Assembly (NCBI GenBank): GCA_947630735.1
Contig: CANRIR010000009.1
Coordinates: 543-64,542, forward strand
Reading direction: 5' to 3'
DNA: 64,000 bases
Source: an uncultured Marvinbryantia sp.
GTDB lineage: Bacteria > Bacillota > Clostridia > Lachnospirales > Lachnospiraceae
Made by a program: the position numbers and the translations under genes. The notes under the pieces were generated by a model that saw only the letters and a list, made by a program, of their open reading frames with translations, was not told the DNA's origin and did not search any database. Below, in pieces: positions 59,368 to 64,000 of the stretch (the first letter of the stretch is position 1; each line of letters begins with the position of its first letter).

Positions 59368-60053
59368 AGTCCGCCTTTCTCCTGCGACGGGCGGTACACC
59401 ACATTTTCCGCCGCGATCACAGGCTTGCCGTCCGTGCACTCCACGATGGTCACCCCGCAGTTGGGCACAAGCCCCGTGTGCCAGAAGTCTTTCTTCTCCC
59501 ACACGCGCAGGCTGTTCAGCAGGGCGCGCATGGCCGCCCCGTGGGTGGACACCAGGATGGTCTTGTCCCGCAGATCCTCCCTTGCGCAGATGTCGCGCAT
59601 GAAATCCGCCGTGCGCCTGGAAAGCTCCTCCAGGGTCTCGCCGCCCTGCGCTGGGACATACCGCTCGGGATGATAGAAAAAGTTGTTGATCTCGTAGTTG
59701 GCCTTCTGCCTGCTCCAGGCGGGGTCTTCCGGCCTGGCGGGCTCCCCGGGAGGTTCCGGGTGCGCCTCCGCCTCAGTCCGGCTCATCCCCTCGTATGCCC
59801 CGAAGCTGATCTCGATGATGCGCTCGTCCAGGAAAATGGGCACGCCGCGCTTCCCCAGGATCAGCTCCGCCGTCTCCCGCGCGCGCCGCAGCGGGCTGGT
59901 AAAGGCCAGGTCAAAGGGGATGTCCCGCATGCCCTCTGCGGCTTCCCGCGCGAGGGCGCGCCCGCTCTCATTCAGTTCCGTATTGCTCCTGCCCTGCAGA
60001 CAGTGGCGGTCGTTCCAGGCCGTCTGTCCGTGGCGGATGATATACATGCGCAT
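59364..60053 (-). CDS. Histidine phosphatase family protein
   Basis: IRHGQT, SPLRRA, GGE, STHG. Confidence 0.9.
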   Translation of the reverse strand: MRMYIIRHGQTAWNDRHCLQGRSNTELNESGRALAREAAEGMRDIPFDLAFTSPLRRARETAELILGKRGVPIFLDERIIEISFGAYEGMSRTEAEAHPEPPGEPARPEDPAWSRQKANYEINNFFYHPERYVPAQGGETLEELSRRTADFMRDICAREDLRDKTILVSTHGAAMRALLNSLRVWEKKDFWHTGLVPNCGVTIVECTDGKPVIAAENVVYRPSQEKGGL

Positions 60054-60054
60054 A

Positions 60055-62472
60055 TTATTTCCTCAGAACGATGCCCATGGACTCCAGCCCATGGAGGATC
60101 TTTTTCATCGCGGCCGTGATGTCCGCCTCCTCCAGCGTCCTGTCCTTTGCCCGGAACACGATGGAGTAGGCCATGGATTTATAGCCCTCCTCGATCTGCG
60201 CGCCCTCGTAGACGTCGAACAGCTGGCAGCTCTCCAGGTATTTTCCGCCGCGTTGGCGAAGCATCGCCTCGATCTCGCCGGCCAGCACGCTCTTGGGCAC
60301 TACCATGCTCAGATCCCTGGCGACGGCGGGGAACCTTGCAATCCCCTCGTATTTGCGGTCGAAGGTGGCGTATTCCTCCACGGCCGGCATGTCCAGCACC
60401 GCCACATAGGCCCGCTCGCCGATGTCGTAGTTGTCCGCCACCGCCGGGTGCAGCTCGCCCAGATAGCCCAGCACTCTGCCGTCGTACACAATATTTGCCT
60501 GGCGTCCCGGGTGCAGATAGGGTCTGCCCGCCTTCGGGTCGTAGACGACGGGGCCGTGCAGGCCCGCTTTCTCGAAGAACTCCTCCACCACGCCCTTCAT
60601 GGTGTAAAAGTCCCCGTCCCCGTACATGCCCAGGGTAAACTGCATGCGCTCCTCGGGCAGTTCCTTTAAGGGAAGCTCCTTGGGGAGATAAATGTTGCCC
60701 AGCTCGTAGAGGCGCACATTCTTATTTCTGTGGTTATAGTTGAAGGCCAGGGACGTCAGCATGCCGTTTAACGAGACGGTGCGCATGATGCTGAAATCCT
60801 CCCCCAGCGGGTTGGAGATCGTCACAGCCCGGCGCAGCGCGTCGTCCTCCGGGATGAGGAGCTTGTCGTACACCTTTGGGCTCTCGAAGGAATAGCAGTA
60901 CCCCTGGGAGAAGCCGCAGTACTCCGCAATGTCCCGCGCCGTCTGCTCCACCCGCAGGTAGAACGGCAGCTTGCCTGTGGTGGCCTCGCCCTTCGGCAGC
61001 GTCACCGGGATGTTGGCATAGCCGTAGAAGCGCGCCACCTCCTCGGCGAGGTCCGCCGTGCGCAGCACATCCTGGCGGAACGTGGGCACCACGATCTCGT
61101 TCGCCGCCTCGTCGTACGCAAGGTCCACGCTCTTAAAATAGCCCAGCATATCCTCGGCGGAGATCTGTGTGCCCAGCAGGCGGTTGATCTTGTCCGGCTC
61201 GAACGGCACACGCACCGGCTCTTTCTTCTGCGCATAGACGTCCACCATGCCGCCCACCACCTCGCCGGCGCCCAGCTCTTCCATCAGCTGGCAGGCGCGG
61301 TCAATGGCCTCCTGCGCGTTGTTGGGGTCAAGGCCCTTTTCAAATTTGCCGGAAGCGTCGGTGCGCAGGCCGATCTTCTTGGCCGAAAGGCGGATGTTGG
61401 TGCCGTCGAAGCACGCCGCCTCAAACATCATGGTCTTTACGTCGTCCGTGATCATGGAGTTTTCGCCGCCCATGATGCCGGCGATGCCCACCGCCTTCTC
61501 GCCGTCGCAGATCATCAGCACGGAGTCGTCCATGGTGCGCTCCTGCCCGTCCAGCGTCACAAACTTTTCGTCCTTTTTCGCCCGGCGCACAATGATCTCA
61601 TGCCCCGCCAGGGTGTCGTAGTCGTAGGCGTGCATGGGCTGCCCGTACTCTTCCATCACGTAGTTGGTAATGTCCACCACGTTGTTGATGGGGCGGATGC
61701 CGTTCACGGCCAGACGCCTCTGCAGCCACTTGGGGGAGGGGCCGATCTTGATGTTCTTTACCACCCTCGCGCAGTAGCGCGGGCAGAGATCCGGGTCCTC
61801 CACCGTCACTTTCACATAATCGTTCGCGTCCTCGCTGTTGCCGGTCTTTTTTACCTCCGGCGGACAGAACGGCCTGCCGAACGTGGCGGCCGCCTCCCGC
61901 GCGATGCCGATGACGCTGTAGCAGTCCACGCGGTTGGAGGTGATCTCGTACTCAAAGATCACATCGTCCAGACCCAGGGCGTGGATGGCGTCCTCGCCCA
62001 CCACGGCGTCCTCCGGGAAAATGTAGATGCCGTAGTCCGGCGCCTCCGGAAACATCTCCTTGGAGGAACCCAGCTCCTCGATGGAGCACATCATGCCGCA
62101 AGAGTCCACACCGCGCAGCTTGCCCTTCTTGATGAGGATGCCGCCCTCGGTCATCTTGCCGTCGTGGTTCCCGGCCACGCGCCCGCCGTCCAGCACCACG
62201 GGGATCTTGTCCCCCACTTTCACGTTGGGCGCTCCCGTGACGATCTGCACCGTCTCCGTCCCCACGTTTACCTGGCACACGATCAGCTTGTCCGCGTCCG
62301 GGTGCCGCTCGATGGACAGGATCTGCCCTATGACGATCTTGTCCAGGTCTTTGTCCAGTTTTTCAAATCCCTCCACCTTTGTGCCGCTTAACGTCATCGC
62401 GTCCGTATATTCCTGCGCCGTGCACGAAAGCTCCGGGACATATGCCTTGATCCATGATAATGAAGTGTTCAT
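60055..62472 (-). CDS. pheT: Phenylalanine-tRNA ligase beta subunit
   Basis: HPDADKL, NRVDC, INNVVDITNY, DLAEEVAR, NPL, C-terminal anticodon-binding domain. Confidence 0.97.
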   Translation of the reverse strand: MNTSLSWIKAYVPELSCTAQEYTDAMTLSGTKVEGFEKLDKDLDKIVIGQILSIERHPDADKLIVCQVNVGTETVQIVTGAPNVKVGDKIPVVLDGGRVAGNHDGKMTEGGILIKKGKLRGVDSCGMMCSIEELGSSKEMFPEAPDYGIYIFPEDAVVGEDAIHALGLDDVIFEYEITSNRVDCYSVIGIAREAAATFGRPFCPPEVKKTGNSEDANDYVKVTVEDPDLCPRYCARVVKNIKIGPSPKWLQRRLAVNGIRPINNVVDITNYVMEEYGQPMHAYDYDTLAGHEIIVRRAKKDEKFVTLDGQERTMDDSVLMICDGEKAVGIAGIMGGENSMITDDVKTMMFEAACFDGTNIRLSAKKIGLRTDASGKFEKGLDPNNAQEAIDRACQLMEELGAGEVVGGMVDVYAQKKEPVRVPFEPDKINRLLGTQISAEDMLGYFKSVDLAYDEAANEIVVPTFRQDVLRTADLAEEVARFYGYANIPVTLPKGEATTGKLPFYLRVEQTARDIAEYCGFSQGYCYSFESPKVYDKLLIPEDDALRRAVTISNPLGEDFSIMRTVSLNGMLTSLAFNYNHRNKNVRLYELGNIYLPKELPLKELPEERMQFTLGMYGDGDFYTMKGVVEEFFEKAGLHGPVVYDPKAGRPYLHPGRQANIVYDGRVLGYLGELHPAVADNYDIGERAYVAVLDMPAVEEYATFDRKYEGIARFPAVARDLSMVVPKSVLAGEIEAMLRQRGGKYLESCQLFDVYEGAQIEEGYKSMAYSIVFRAKDRTLEEADITAAMKKILHGLESMGIVLRK

Positions 62473-62493
62473 CCTTATTCTCCTTTCCCCGCC

Positions 62494-63513
62494 CTAGAAC
62501 TGTCTGAGAAAACGGATGTCGTTCTCATACAGCAGACGCATATCGTCAATCTCGTACTTCAAAAGCGCGATGCGCTCCAGGCCCACGCCGAAGGCGAAGC
62601 CCGTGTACTCCTCCGGGTCGATGCCGCACATCTCAAGCACGTGCGGGTGAACCATGCCGCAGCCCAGGATCTCGATCCAGCCGGAGCCCTTGCAGAAACG
62701 GCAGCCCTTGCCGCCGCACTTGAAGCAGCTCACGTCCACCTCGGCGCTGGGCTCTGTGAACGGGAAATGGTGCGGGCGGAACTTGGTCTTCGTCTCCGGC
62801 CCGAACAGTTCTCTGGCAAACTCCTCCAGCGTGCCCTTCAGATCCGCGAACGTGATGTTTTTGTCCACCACCAGGCCCTCGATCTGATGGAAGGAGGGCG
62901 AATGGGTGGCGTCCACCTCGTCCGAGCGGAAGACGCGCCCCGGGGAGATCATGCGGATGGGCAGCTTTCCCTTTTCCATGGTGCGCGCCTGCACCGGGGA
63001 GGTCTGGGTGCGCAGCACAATGTCCTTATTGATATAGAAGGTGTCCTGCTCGTCCTTTGCGGGATGGTTGGCGGGAATGTTCAGCTTTTCAAAGTTGTAC
63101 AGGTCATACTCCACCTCCGGGCCCTCGATCACCTCGTAGCCCATGCCGATGAAGATGCGCTCCACTTCCTCCAGGGCGATGGTGTTGGGATGGCGGTGCC
63201 CCACATTGTTCTTCTTTGCCGGAAGCGTCACGTCGATGACCTCCGCTTTCAGCTGCAGGTCGCGGGCCGCCGACTCCAGCTTTTTCTTCGTCTCGTCCAG
63301 GAATTCCTCGATGGCGGCCCTGGTGTCGTTCACCATCTGGCCCACCGCCGGGCGATCCTCGGGTGCCACGTCCTTCATGCCCTTCAGCACGGCCGTCAGC
63401 TCTCCCTTCTTCCCGAGAAACGCCACGCGCACCTCGTTCAGCTTTTCCAAGGCGTCCGACTGCCGGATCTGCCTCATGGCCTCCTCGCGGATAGCCTGCA
63501 ATTTTTCTTTCAT
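62494..63513 (-). CDS. pheS: Phenylalanine-tRNA ligase alpha subunit
   Basis: [32 protein letters not shown]. Confidence 0.98.
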   Translation of the reverse strand: MKEKLQAIREEAMRQIRQSDALEKLNEVRVAFLGKKGELTAVLKGMKDVAPEDRPAVGQMVNDTRAAIEEFLDETKKKLESAARDLQLKAEVIDVTLPAKKNNVGHRHPNTIALEEVERIFIGMGYEVIEGPEVEYDLYNFEKLNIPANHPAKDEQDTFYINKDIVLRTQTSPVQARTMEKGKLPIRMISPGRVFRSDEVDATHSPSFHQIEGLVVDKNITFADLKGTLEEFARELFGPETKTKFRPHHFPFTEPSAEVDVSCFKCGGKGCRFCKGSGWIEILGCGMVHPHVLEMCGIDPEEYTGFAFGVGLERIALLKYEIDDMRLLYENDIRFLRQF

Positions 63514-63549
63514 ATCGTTTCCTCCTCACAAAATAAATGTGCCTGTGAC

Positions 63550-63806
63550 ACAAAAAAACCCCATCCCCATAGGGACGGAGCATATTTCCGTGGTACCACC
63601 CTGATTCCCGCCGAAGCGGGCACTCGCTGCGCGTAACGTGCGCGGACCGTCGCCCCCTACTGACCCTGCATGTGATGAAAGATTTCAGTGGCGCAGCTCC
63701 GGTGGGAAATTCGTGCCGCCATCTGGACCGAAGGGAACTTTCAGCCGCCGGTTCCCTCTCTCTGGCGGAAAATGAGGCACTACTTACACCTTCGTCGCCT
63801 TTGCCT
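63550..63806 (-). ncRNA. T-box riboswitch, Phe specifier
   Basis: AGAGA and GCUGA stem I elements, GAA-U-UUC specifier (63708-63706), AGGGUGGUACCACGG T-box (63598-63592), terminator with U7; TTGACA-N16-TAAACT promoter at 63841-63814. Confidence 0.92.
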
Positions 63807-64000
63807 ACCATAAAGTTTAACACAAATCCATGTTCTGTCAAGCAGAAAAATGCCGGCGCGCACCGAGGTGCGCCGGGCAGGAAATGCCGCCCTGCCGGCC
63901 GGCGCGTCGCGCGCGTCACATCCCTTCCTCCCCGGAAAAGGCGTCCGGATATTCCAGCCCGAGTTTGCCACTTGTCAGCTGATTCTAATTAAATTTTTTC

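Noticed and set aside
59364-60053. Phosphatase as cobC
   Set aside because: The family motif is generic and the gene sits between pheT and queA, not in the cob operon.
1701-63636. Many long antisense or alternate-frame ORFs (e.g. 1701-3032, 17999-19522, 30424-32115, 58300-59673)
   Set aside because: They shadow well-identified genes on the other strand, as expected from GC-rich third positions, and have no recognisable motifs.
63917-64000. Gene fragment at the right edge
   Set aside because: All minus-strand frames hit stops within a few codons of the edge; nothing assignable.

Overview
GC-rich chromosomal window from a spore-forming clostridial Firmicute (gene content and order suggest Lachnospiraceae; inference). 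It is mostly core genome: metY, an LTA-synthase-family gene, aroC, potABCD, a sporulation cluster (two subtilases plus small proteins with sigmaE/sigmaK-like promoters), cinA-pgsA-rimO, rpoZ-gmk-remA-yicC, holA, an anaerobic cobalamin operon headed by nrdG-dut, a Trp T-box ABC transporter, rpsU, alaS, tyrS, DAHP synthase, xerD, spoIIM, rubredoxin, an EF-G paralogue, tyrA-aroA, an MBOAT/SGNH pair, queA and T-box-controlled pheST. No rRNA, tRNA or CRISPR array was seen. Best leads: (1) a Fic gene cut exactly inside its catalytic HPFxDGNGR motif at ~917, next to AT-richer DNA and preceded by two identically spaced palindromes; (2) tandem NrdR-like boxes, and no B12 riboswitch, ahead of nrdG-dut-cbi/cob; (3) a candidate ~50-nt promoter-to-terminator small RNA between spoIIM and xerD; (4) unannotated small ORFs and a possible CTG start or displaced Shine-Dalgarno for tyrS; (5) recurrent in-frame duplications or palindromic inserts in conserved enzymes. 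All calls come from reading the sequence by eye; no database searches were run.
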